Shown here: piece after piece, positions 38,655 to 49,699 of the stretch
How the letters are laid out: each line of letters begins with the position of its first letter
Numbering within the stretch: position 1 is the first letter of the stretch
From: Raillietiella orientalis
Taxonomy: Eukaryota
Assembly (NCBI GenBank): GCA_036172245.1
Contig: JAYWIR010000014.1
Span: forward strand, 1,364,001-1,428,000
Direction: 5' to 3'
Length of the DNA stretch: 64,000 nucleotides
Program-made: the position numbers and the translations under genes
The notes under the pieces: generated by a model
Database searches by the model: none
The model's input: only the letters and a program-made list of their open reading frames with translations
What the model was told of the DNA's origin: nothing

Positions 38655-38720
38655 GATCTCGTAGCTCAGCCGGTAAGACTTTTAATCGGTGGGTCGCGCG
38701 TTCGATTCTCGCCCGTGATA
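38655..38720 (+). tRNA. tRNA-Lys(UUU)-derived pseudogene with an internal deletion
   Basis: GATCTCG TAGCTCAGCCGGTA AGACTTTTAATCGGT GGGTC GCGCG TTCGATT CTCGC CCGTGATA. A-box, anticodon loop CTTTTAA, variable loop GGGTC and T-arm are recognisable. About 7 nt (3' D-stem GAGC and the 5' anticodon stem) are missing and the acceptor stem is imperfect. Confidence 0.7.
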
Positions 38721-39095
38721 ATGATTCCCTCCAGAGATAATGACCACAATGAGGTTCTTTGAGGCAGCTTGGTGTGTTAAAGAATCCAGGCTCTTCGATT
38801 TTGTTTCTTTGTGTTTTTGCTGCTCAACGACTGGGATTAACGCGGCTACCCATGAAAATCTGCATTTTCCCAGAAGCAGAAAAAGGAGATCCTTCTTTCC
38901 TTTGACCACCTGATTCAGAGAAAAAGTTGAACAGGAACACTTTTTCTCTCTAAGGATAATACAGTGCCATGGCAAATTCGAGTTTCATGCTGCAGCTTCT
39001 ATCTCTCACAGTTCTAGAGGAAGGAGCACAGAGCTGACATGGAGATGAAAATTATGGTTCCTGTTCCTGTGGACGCCTAAGAGCGTCCCCTGGGA

Positions 39096-39330
39096 CAGCG
39101 TGTCCCAAACTATGTTCCGTGGAAAGTCAATAAATGTTCCGTGAAAAATTATGAAAATCTCACATGATTAAAATTTGAGAATAAATGTTTGTTTTGTTTT
39201 CTTGACTCTTATATTTGCTTGCTCAGTATATTTATTATTAATATCTGCCTACTCTGTAAAATAACCAAGGTGTTCCGTTAGAATTCCAGGATTGAAGTGT
39301 TCTCTCATAGGAAAAGTTTGGAAAACGCTG
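39096..39330. mobile_element. 235-bp non-autonomous hAT (Charlie/Buster-type) MITE
   Basis: TIRs CAGCGTGTCCCAAACT (39096-39111) and AGTTTGGAAAACGCTG (39315-39330) match at 14/16. The 8-bp flanks CCCTGGGA / CCCTAGGG match at 6/8, and the right flank has the CTAG core typical of Charlie targets. AT-rich interior with subterminal TGTTCCGT repeats. Confidence 0.88.
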
Positions 39331-39539
39331 CCCTAGGGAAACTTCTACCTTAATGATGAGGATTTCATATCTATGTCTCTTAACTATCTCTTAATCTATC
39401 TCTCTTACGTGATATGCTTCAGAAAAGCATGTAAGAACAAATTCCTTTCCGACCAGTTGCCCAATATCCCTAATTCTTTTGGCACCAGCTTTTCGAGCCT
39501 CCTCTTGTCTTGTTCCAGTCCTCGTCAGCGACTTAAAGT

Positions 39540-39960
39540 AATAAGAGGAAAAGAAGAGACAAGGAAAACTGCAAGTCTGGGATTTTCTGGCAGGCGAACT
39601 TCCAGGGGGAGTGTTTGGCGCGAAGTAAACAGACGGTACCCTCTGAAACGAAAGAGGGACTCCCCTCTCATCTCCATGTATCCACTGCAGCTTGGGATTG
39701 TGCATTGGAGTCACCCTATCGCTTTCTGTTTAGAAAGATTTTCAAGCCTGATCATGTTCGACCATGTCCATCCGCAAGATGACGGCTGACGGTTTCGGAA
39801 ATGCAAACAGTAGGTTCCCTATTTGGAAAATTGAGACAACTTTGGGGAATATACTCAGGGGTTGCAAATCCCTAGAGGTTCGAAACTCGCTGGAATGGCC
39901 ATCGCGAGCAAACAGAGATTATCCTCTTGTTAAATCACTAGAAGAGCGTCCTCTCATCTT
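39540..39960 (+). pseudogene. Possible further protein-kinase relic
   Basis: VWDFLAGE; LGIVH.......CL; KMTADGFG; TTLGN...SLEV, in the order of kinase subdomains V-VIII. Very degenerate. Confidence 0.25.
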
Positions 39961-40449
39961 ACAAAGCAATGAATGAACTCCTGATAGTTGACACGAAAGT
40001 TTTCGCGCACTGTCCAGCTTCATTTCTGTTCTTCTCAAATGATTCTCTTCTATCAGGAGTCAGCTAAGCACTTTCTTCCTTGCTCCTCAAAAATTTTGCA
40101 CAATTGAAGATCACTCAACTGGCAAAGAAAAGACCATCCACAGAAATTCTCAGAAATCCCATTTGGCTGCTTTTATTCAGAAGGTGGATATTTCTCGGAA
40201 TCAAGCCTTAAGACGTTCCGGCTCTCCTTGTGGAGAAAGTAAGGGGAAAAGGTGATGCATTCTGCTGAGGTCTCGAGGACCTTCTAGATGCTGTCTCTTC
40301 AAGAAGATTCATCCGAGAGCATCCTACCATTTACATCTCTTCTTGTACTAAACGAATGCTTCAGGCGTTTTTAGATAACCACCAAAGATGTGTTTTTTGT
40401 GTAACCTAACTTTTGGTTTTTATTCTGAAACAGAAAAGAATATGAAGAA

Positions 40450-42550
40450 ATTCTCGTGCAGATGTAGCCAAGAAAATGCGTCTTCGAGAGAAGTAAGTCA
40501 TCTCTTTCTGTTTGTTCTTTGTGGCAATACTCCCCACAGTGCTTCCATGATCAAACCCAGTATAGAAGGCACCGTAACCTCTTCTCGAGGTATGGAACTA
40601 AATGCTTAGCATGGATGATTAGTTATTACGGATTAATACGAATGATTAGTCTTCATGGCAAAGTGTTCTGAGGAGAACTTGAGAGCATCTTGAGGCTTGC
40701 CAGCTTCATCTCTGGAATAACGATGCTTTTTGCGGTGCTCACGGCCTGATCATTCGAAGCGGATGTCTTGCCAGAATCCATCGAGTGTTATCCTCTAATG
40801 CTTAGGTAGATCCAAGCTGCACTGAACTGGAAAGGCAACTCTAGCAGCTTCTTGTTGTCCTTTGCTTTTCCGGTTCACCTGCGTGTGTCTTTACCGTCTC
40901 CTCTCGCAGGACTATTTAACGTTGTTCGGCCGATGTGTGCTATAAAAGAGAATTCTGCACGGAAAGAAAATCCTCTGAGAATCTTCACATAGAGAGAGAA
41001 CACCTTGTAAAATTTTCAAGGGATGTGAATACGCATCGGATTTCATTCTGACACTTCTGCTTTTCAGTGTTCCCACCATCACAAGTGATGCTGAGATTTC
41101 TTGGAACGCGTGAAATGTTTGCGTTACCATCTTCAAACTCCCTCCCTGGATAACGAAATTTGGATCCTCAGTATTCCCGTCCTCCGCATCCTTCTCGAAA
41201 CGACAGTAGAGACTCTCTGCATGTCGGAACTGCTGCACAGAAATAAGAGGTCCTGCATAAAATGGCGTCTTCCACAACAGCAGGAAAGGCCTACATCGTG
41301 CGTTGCTTTTAAAGAATTTAGAACTGACATGTTTTTTCTAGCCTTTCCCTCCCTCATTTATTTATTTATTGGGGTTTTCTTGCTTCCTTTCTCCTCCCTT
41401 TCACCGTTCCAACACTCTGAGATTCGGCGGTTCAGCCCACCTTCTAAAACTCCAAGTGTTATTCGTAGTAGCAGCTTGGCCACGCTTTTTACAAATAAAC
41501 GCCAGTCCCAAAATCCTACGCAACTTCCTCAAAGAGACTGCTTGGTCCACCCTCCAAAGGGGAAGGAAACTGCATTGCTCGGCCTTGCATGAGCTCCGGC
41601 CAGGTTTTTGAGTGGTGTTGGACATTGTCCATCTTAGCAGAGTCTTCCGCTTTGGTCCTCCTGTCAGCCTCTCCTGGTCTAAGCAGCTACCCCCTCGTTA
41701 TCACGGCATTTTTCTTGAGTTTCTTGCCCATAGGCCGTTGAGGCTGGATCCGTCGCTGGAATTTGCGAGTTTCGTCTGGGGTACATCACCTCTTTTCCAA
41801 GGGGGTCCACGCACGAGGATGACTTTGGCTTATCAGCACCCAGCTTACCACTTCTCTGGGAAGCACCGTGGATTCGGATTTCCTAGAGTCATTTCCTCTG
41901 GAGAGCAGATGAGAGGCGAGAAGTAGACGTACTGAGACCGAATGAAATCTCGCCTGGATTCCGCGAGCTATTCCATGAGCAGAATGCAAAGAGTGCAAGG
42001 CAAGAGACTCTTCCCATTCGCCTCTCTCCCTTTCCTCTCGACCTTCTGTTTGTGTGTGGAAAAATCACGGTGGTCCGAGCTTCAAGCAACTAAATCTTTG
42101 CTGCTGAGGAAACGTCGGGGAAGTTTCCCATCCTGGATTGGTCAGCTGTCGAATACAAGTGAAGCGCTTCGTTGGTAAGCAGTCCAAAGTGAGCAGCTCA
42201 CCGTCTTCTCTTGACAGAGACCGCAGTTCTTGAGCGACCTGCTCCGATTTGCGTTGCACTCCTCTATCACGCCTCTCCGGCGGGTTTCACGCATCCCGGA
42301 GACTATCACACGCGGGCCTCGTTCGCTTTCATCTTCCATTTTCATCCAGAGCAGCTCCCTGATCTGCAGTCCCCATCGCTGCGGCAGATCAGCTGCTCCG
42401 CAGATGAATTTAGAAGCTGAATGCCCTCTCTCAACACCTGATCTGTCTGCGCTTATCATCTGAAGATCTGCGAGCTTCTGCGCATGCAGATCCTTCCAGG
42501 CGCATCTCGTCGGAACATCTTTGCAGGCAGAAACCACATGTGTGCCAATT
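40450..42550 (-). mobile_element. Decayed LINE ORF2 (RT), RTE-like
   Basis: GREANGKSLLP (cf. KAPGPDGLP); CFPEKW...AKVIL...KRGD (~41865-41780); RFEKDAEDGNTE (cf. DFEKAFDSVNRE); SRSVR....YSHPLKILQGV (~41060-41000); LDGFWQDIRFE; PSILGL (cf. FKYLG). Confidence 0.7.
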
Positions 42551-42799
42551 ATTTACGCTGAAAAAAAAAAAAAATCAAGAGATCCGAAAGTCGGAATTCT
42601 GCAGCCGGAACGCTCCCCTTTCAGGAAGGAGCAGCAGGATGTTCTCTTCTCTGCCCCGCAAAGCCTCATTCGGGGAACACCAAGGAGAAGCGCAGTAACG
42701 CTCACTGACATTCAGCCTGCTGGACCCTGAGAATAGAAGCACTCTATTTCTGGAAGTCTATTTTTGGAAGTGCTCTCGAGAATGGTGCAGTTGCATTGC

Positions 42800-45700
42800 G
42801 CTCGCGCACATCTCCAGATTTCGGGCGGGAAAAGATACGAATGGGCGCGCCGTATTTTGAGCTGCGAGATCAGCTGATCTTTTGAGTGCGCTCCGGGTGG
42901 GGGGGGGGGGAGAGAGAGAGAAACAGTCGTATTTCTGGGACGGTCGCAAGAAGCGAGACCGGAATGCAGTCTTTGACACGTTCCCATCCGGAAAAGGAAC
43001 CACTCTCACAGCGTGTTGGGCGCAAGCGGCACCTTCCAGTGGCTGATGCACCGCTCCGGCAGCAAAAATGACTCATTTGGCAGCATCCTGTATCACTGCC
43101 TTTTTCCGGTGACGTCACTTTTGTTGGTTCCTTCCGTTTAAGACACCTCCGTCGGCCGCTCCATTTTCGGGCTGTTTGGATCGGGGTGATGCCGGAGCGC
43201 GCACGCATCCGGATCACATCCTGGTTCGGAGAAACTGCTGAATCACACAGAGGGTGCTCTGTTGCCATGTCTCCCGAGAGTTCGCGCGCGTGTTTTTACA
43301 CCCCCCCCCCCCGTCCCTTCCCAGTCTTCAATGCATGAGCAGAAGTAGATGGTTGGGGGTATTAAAACAAAAGGAACGATCCGAATGGATGACTGTGCAT
43401 GGCCAGGGGCAGCAGGGAACGAACGCCTGACTAGCTGACCGAAAAATCTCGGAATCCAGAAACCGCGGTGCGGAAAGCAAACAAGGGCCACCGTGACTCG
43501 TGCCTCCTTGATCCGCGCACCCAAACTGGGTGGCCCTGGTCGAATCGTTTCTTGCCAAGAAGGTTGCCGCTACCCCCCCGTCGGCCTCGCAAGCATCCTC
43601 TCTGGGTTCTCGCGAGGGCGCTCGTTCTCCCGTCCCGCTTCCCGTGACCGTCACGGGTTCTCCCGTCACGGCGGTGTGGACCTCCGCGCTTCCCAGGTGG
43701 CTCAGATTCCTCCCACCGACTGCGGCGGAAGAATCACCGGGATACCAGAATTGCGGAAAACAAGAGCGGAAGGATAAGAAGGAAGAAGCTGGAACAACCT
43801 GCCACCTCCCCCGGTCACCTTTACATGACCTCCCTGTGTGTGCGTGAAGTCACCCCATCGAACTCCCAGTGGCGAGGAATCGCCGCGCTGGCGGCCACGT
43901 GGTATTGTGGGTTCGAATCCCCCCCGTAGAGGATCGATGCGAAGAATTGGATGCCTCGTAGGTTTCCGGTTCCACCAGCAGGACTGTTGGCGCGCAGGTT
44001 TCCACTGTGGCACCGGGAAGCTAGTGGAGACGAGCCGGAACTCCGAGTGGAAATCCTCGGGGGTCCTCGGAGGAGCCACGGACCTGGCCCCTTCAGGGGT
44101 TCCACTTCAGTGTATGCCATGCGGTCAATTCTCCCCCTCCCCTCCCGCTTCGGGGGATTTCGCAAGTGTGCTTCTCCCTTCAGGAAAGTGGGAAGCGTTC
44201 CCTTCGGAATTCTTTTCAGAAAAGCAAGCAAGGAGCTGTTTCCTTCGGGGATCCCTCTGGAGAAGAAATCAGGAGAGGTTCCTTTCCGGTTTCCGCTCGA
44301 GCAGAGATCGAGAGAGGGAATTCCCTCGTGGACAACCAGGGAGATAAGGCTGGTTCCCTCCGGGGCTCCCTCTCTCCCAGGAGTAAAGAGGAACGGACTT
44401 CATATTCGGGGTCTTCCTGGTATCATTGAGGTGGTCCCTTTAGGGAGTTCCCCCTGACTGAGCTGCACGCACCCTCGAGTAGCGTGACCTCGCCTTTTTA
44501 AGGAGCCTTGCGAGCCCGGTGGAGGCGGCGGACACCTCCGATGCCCCTAGGGGGTACACGATTCTTAGCGAGCAGAAAAAACAATAGCTGGAAGGAAATC
44601 TGGAAGGAGGCGGAGCCCGCGGGATTTTCATCATCCTCACACTGGCTGGACCGCTTTCCTGATCACGCGCTCTGGAGCATGGATGCGACAGTAATTTGCT
44701 TCCTCTCGAAAGCGTGAAAACAAGATCCGGAACTGGCGCTGTCTACAGCTTCCGGAACCGTCGCTCGTGCTCTCCGCTTTGGTGCAGCGACGAGATAAAA
44801 GAGATGCTGCAGCGGAAAGGCCCCGAAAGCAGTCGCTGGGTGACGCACGCGATTTAAGAGAGAGGCCTTCTGGAGGAGGAGAGGGAAACGAACGTCACCC
44901 ACGTCCCGGCAGTGTGCACGACCCCGAGAGGGAGAAAAAATCCCATTAGCGGCCTCTCACCTGCAGCCTCCTTGATCTTGCTAGGGATGAAAGCGCTTGC
45001 CGGGAAGCGAAAACGAGTGGGAGGGAGAGGGGAGAGGGGGTGCGTTTTCCGAGTCAGACGAGGTCTTCCAGATGTCCCGACCACACTTCCGTTCGGTTCG
45101 CCGCGCGCGCTTCCAGGTATCTCCCTCGTCCCAGCCGTTCCCCCTGGTAACGCCCCGGCGAGATTTCTCTTCCCCTGTTTTCCGATGGAAGTTAAACAGA
45201 ACTATCAATTAGCTTTATACACATTCGCGTAAACGCGGAAATTGATGTCCGGAGCTCCACCCTTCTTGTGCGATTACAGCCGCACCATTCCACCCACTTG
45301 CACATCTGAAACACGGAAGATTTATCCCCGGCGCGGATGTTTTTATTGGCTGCCGGAAGAGTCGTTAAAGCTCTGAAAAGTTTGTAAAGACCGGGTCGCG
45401 CGCGCACGGTAAATCGGGGAAGGAGGGAAAAGGTGGGAATCAAAAGCTACAGGCGGAGGAGTGACACAAATGGAAACTGAGTTCCCTGACAAAAGTGAAA
45501 ATGACGCCTGCTCCATGGCAACGCTTATTATTTGCTACCCATTGTTTCGGGAAACACGGCGAATGTAAACGAATAGGTGATACCTCAAATTCGCCTTTGT
45601 TCGAGAGCTCTGTGTACTTCACAAATCTTCCATCCCGCCCATTCTCCCGGGTTTATCTTTAACGGATCCGAATGAACCCCGCGGACGTCGCGCTCACAAT

Positions 45701-48700
45701 GGGGACATCAGCAGGCTCAGCTTCCGGCCGAGGAGGAATCGAATGTGCCGATTGATTGGGAAGGCGCGCGCGCCCCTGCATCGTGCCGGGATGGATTTGA
45801 CGACGCGCGGTTAAATGAGGAGAGAAATAACAGGATTTCCGAGGGGAGGGAGGTTCCCCTCGTGCAACCTCAGGATCTTCCGCGGAATACAGACTGGCAT
45901 CGGGTGCCCGCTGCGCGCTGCCGACCGCTTGTGGTCAAGCCTTAGGGGCAGGTGTGAACTCTTGGGAGTCTCCCTGCACAGCCAGGAAGCGCAGGAAATG
46001 GCCCTGAAAAAGCAGAGAAAGCAGGAAAATCAATAATGAAGAAAAGAAAAAAAAGTGGGGGGGGTCCTTTCCGGTGCCGAAGCTGGCAGACTTTCTGATC
46101 TCTACGGGCGTTTCCTCTTCCCTTTTCGGGAAGTGCCTCGGAGGAAACGTCAGTGCTTTCGATCCCAGACGCACGCAGGCGAATTTTCGGAAAAGGCAAG
46201 ACAAAGGAAAGAATGAAGGGAAGCGGGGAAGGACGGGAGAGTATGTATCTCCTTCCGAATCCAGGATCTTCCTCGAGAGATCTTTGAGAAGGACTCGCAT
46301 CCTCCGAGAGCACTGCTCCAGCCGCGCGGAAATGGGATGCGTTCCTGCTGGCGAAGAGACATCAGTCATCCATCTGCGGATTGCACCCTCAGCTGACGTT
46401 TACTCGCTCGCGACGCGAGCAGCTGCGGTGGTGCTTCCCGTCGCCAGGGATGCCGTCGCTGGTGACAGGTGACGTCTCGGAGGAGGCCGATCTTCCGCGC
46501 GTTGACGCAGGAGGCATCCATCGACCGATGGGGACCCCTTCCTTCCCGCTTCCGAACCTTCCGCTCCCTCTCGGGATTTCGTCACCCGTCTCTGGGTTTT
46601 CTGCTCGAACTTGGGCTGGAATCTTGCGCTCGTTGAGTAGGAGTGTGGCTCCCCGGGATGGACCTTTTTCCTTCCGACAAGCGGGAAGGATGACGTGAGG
46701 TGCTGTCCAAGAAAGATTCCGCCGATAACAGGGATGGATCACGAACACAACAAACAGGATGACGTGGGACGCTGCTCCAGGAAGATGTTTCGAAAACGAG
46801 CAAGAGAGGCGCACTGACCTTTTGCGTACATCGGGGAGTGAGGAGAAGTTCCGGGATTTCTCCCGCCCTCGATGCTCGCAGTCCAGGGCGTGCTGGGCGA
46901 GGCCGCGGGATTCGACTCGGGCCAGGCAAGGGTCACCAGCTGGTCGCAGTTTCCCCCTCTCGAGGATCCGGGTGCGGTGCCTGCTGGGAGCCACAGGAGA
47001 GGCGGCGAGACAGCGCGCATCTTTCCCGAGAGGACGCCCGCAGCGATCTCGGAAAGACGGGGGCAGACGGACCCGTCTGCCGGTCGGCCGCGTAGGCGGG
47101 CAGGGCTAGGCCCAATCCGCACCTCTGGTTGGCTGTGTAGGCGCCAAGGACGGTGGGCAAGACGGGGCTTGGTGGCGGTCGGAGAAGGCGAAAGCAACCC
47201 GTACAGCACCTCTGAGGAAAACCCCGAAGGCGAACGCCCAGCCAGTGTGCCCGCTGCCGCTCCCATCAACGCCCACCAGCGCGTCGCGCAGAGGGCGCCG
47301 GGGGTCTGCTGAGTGGGACGGACCTCTCCGATGAAATATCGCCGCGCGACACGCACCGACGCTGTCCAAATGAGAACAAAGAGATGGACTATCCGTGCCC
47401 GGCTCCACAAGCCGACGCCGCTCTGCAGGCGGGAAGGATCGGCGGCTCCACGCAGCTATCCAAACACGGGAGGAGGGGGGAGCAGAGAAGGCGGCGACAG
47501 AGAGCTACCGCACGTCGGGGCGTGCGACGCGCGAAGAGCGGCGGGAGGTACGAGGGAGGGGGGTCGCAAGTTTTTCCGGATGACGCGAAGGGAGGCAGGA
47601 AACGGTTCCGAGAGCGCCCCTCATCCGAGGTCGAATCCGCCCGAGGACTTCCGTAGGCTCTAATGGGAAACGCGCTGCTCCTCCGTCTCTGCGGAGACAG
47701 GCGACGGCGGCGCGCGCGCGCACAGCAAGGCAAAACGGGAGGGAGGCGACGGAAAAAAAAAAACACAAAAAACACAAAATGGGAACCAAAGAGAGGAAAG
47801 AGGGAGAGCAGATGCCAGCATCCTAACACAGTCTCCGTCATCTTGCGAAGACTCCGATTCAGCTCGACACCTGCAGGAGGAGTTCGGGAACTCTATTTGT
47901 CGCCCGTTATTATTATTTTTTTTTTTATCTTCCGGGAGCTCCGATTTTCACGCTAGCAGTTTAATAAACCCTGCAGTGGCCTCCCCTACGCTCCTGAATC
48001 GAAACCCTTTGATGAATGGCTCCGCGAGGGATGGAATGCCTCTCCCTGATTATTCTCCGCCGGGAGCGCAGACAATGGGGAAATTTTGGCTAAAAAATCA
48101 AAGTGCGGATGCACGCCGCGATCAGTCTGCAGGATAATTCCATGTCTAATCTTTTTCAGATACCGAAAATAAGAGCGGAGTCTGATGCATCCGACGTTTC
48201 GTTCTGCATCGAGGCTGGAGAGAAAAACTAAGGGAGAGAAAGGGGAGGAAGTGAACGTGGACCACGCGAAGGACCCGCGCGCTTCCTGAATGATGATTCG
48301 AACAAAAGAGTCCTGCAAACGCCGGCGCGTGACGGTTCGGATCACAAAAAAAAAGGAGAGAAATCTGGACCCGTGAGATGAAAGGATCTTCCTGCGCCAC
48401 AATGACAGGAACGCAGGACGAGATGGTGGTCCTGCTCCAGCGGGGAAGCCAGCCGTCACTCCCCCCACCACTCCCTTCATTTTTTCTTCTCTTTCCTCCT
48501 CCTCCTAATCAGGTGTTCTGCCGCCGTCCGCTCCGTTCCCAGCCGCTGCCCCCAGTCAGGAACGCCTTGACAGGAGACGGAGCCGAGCACATGGGTGCGA
48601 GCGCGCAGGAAAAATGGAGACTTCCAGAAGACAGGAAGGAAGCTTGTTGCGCAGCTGCATACCTGCAGCTGGCAAAGCTCCCGTTTCCTCCTCAACCGGG

Positions 48701-49650
48701 AACCTAAGGCGCGCGCGACCCGTCCAGGACGGATCGGATTGGAGATGGGCCAATTTCTGGCTGGAAGGCCCTCTCATTTTCCTAATTGGCTGGATCCCTG
48801 GGATCGTGTTCGAAAACTCGGGGATCGGCGAGAGAGTTCCCAAACAAGAAGGGTGACCGCAAAGATCACGTGCGCCTTCCACATTGCCAATCCCTCCTCA
48901 CAAATGCCCTGCAACGTAGCGACGCGGCATTCCGAAGTGTCTCCCGGGCCGCAGGCGAGTTCTCGACCACGAAGCTGCGACTCCAGAGTGCCCTGCACCG
49001 GCTTGTTCGGTCCACCGGGATCCCCAGTGTTGAGCCACGGTCAGCTTTCCTCTGGAACGAGACTCTTCGGTCCGGGCGAAAGCAGCAGCAGTGTGTCTCC
49101 ACTCGCGGAAGCCGTAAAATATTTAATTGCAGGAGATGTGTCGAAAAGTAGAGCCTGTCTCCACCAGATGACCACGGCTAGACGAAGACGCGTAGCTCCC
49201 TGCTTCCGGATGCCAGTGGGTTCGCGGCCCTTCACTGAGTAACATTTCCCAAAGTTGCTTTCCAGCTCCCCGTGCAACTCGCGCAGGATGCAGAAACGGT
49301 GGCGGCATCCAGCCGCTCTCACAAGAGACGACCGCGGTAACAGCATCTGGTTCTTTACTGAATCTTTTGCCTCTGCACACCGCATTCTCCTCTTTTTTTT
49401 TTTTGGTTTGTTTGTTGGCACCCGAACACACGCGTTTCCGGTCGCTCCGAATGGACGTCTGACTGCAGCTGGATCCAGAGGTCTGTTCCTCTTCTGGAGG
49501 CGAGGTACGCCTCGACCAATCAGCGGCACAGGGGGGTGCCGGTGCAAGCTCTGCAGGCAGCCGCACGCTGCTCGCTCCTGTTTCGACTCCAGGCTTCCCG
49601 ACTGCGCGTTGGGACTTCGCATTCGGAATGGTCTCTTGCCTCCTCTTCCG
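42800..49650. promoter_or_regulatory. Extended CpG-rich island, possibly regulatory
   Basis: High GC and CpG content, few recognisable TE-coding relics. TGACTCA (43069-43075), palindromic CRE GTGACGTCAC (43109-43118), CCATTTT (~43140), ATTGGCTGCCGGAAG (~45345), CCAATCAG (~49516). No downstream gene identified. Confidence 0.25.
43865..44300 (+). mobile_element. tRNA-headed SINE-like repeat, copy 2
   Basis: B-box GGTTCGAATCC (43910-43920), then GGATCGATGCGAAGAATTGGATG and TTCCTTCGGGGATCCCTCTGGAGAAGAAATCAGGAGAGGTTCCTTTCCGG (44239-44289), homologous to the minus strand of 26065-26597. Confidence 0.6.
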
Positions 49651-49699
49651 AACCTAGGGTGACGTTCCTCATCTCGCAGTCTGCCGATCACCTTCGATT

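Noticed and set aside
9670..39960. Strict minus-strand bias of retrocopies
   Set aside because: The MAPK, CH-domain and fifth-kinase candidates are on the plus strand and LINE relics occur on both strands. The numbers are too small to claim a bias.
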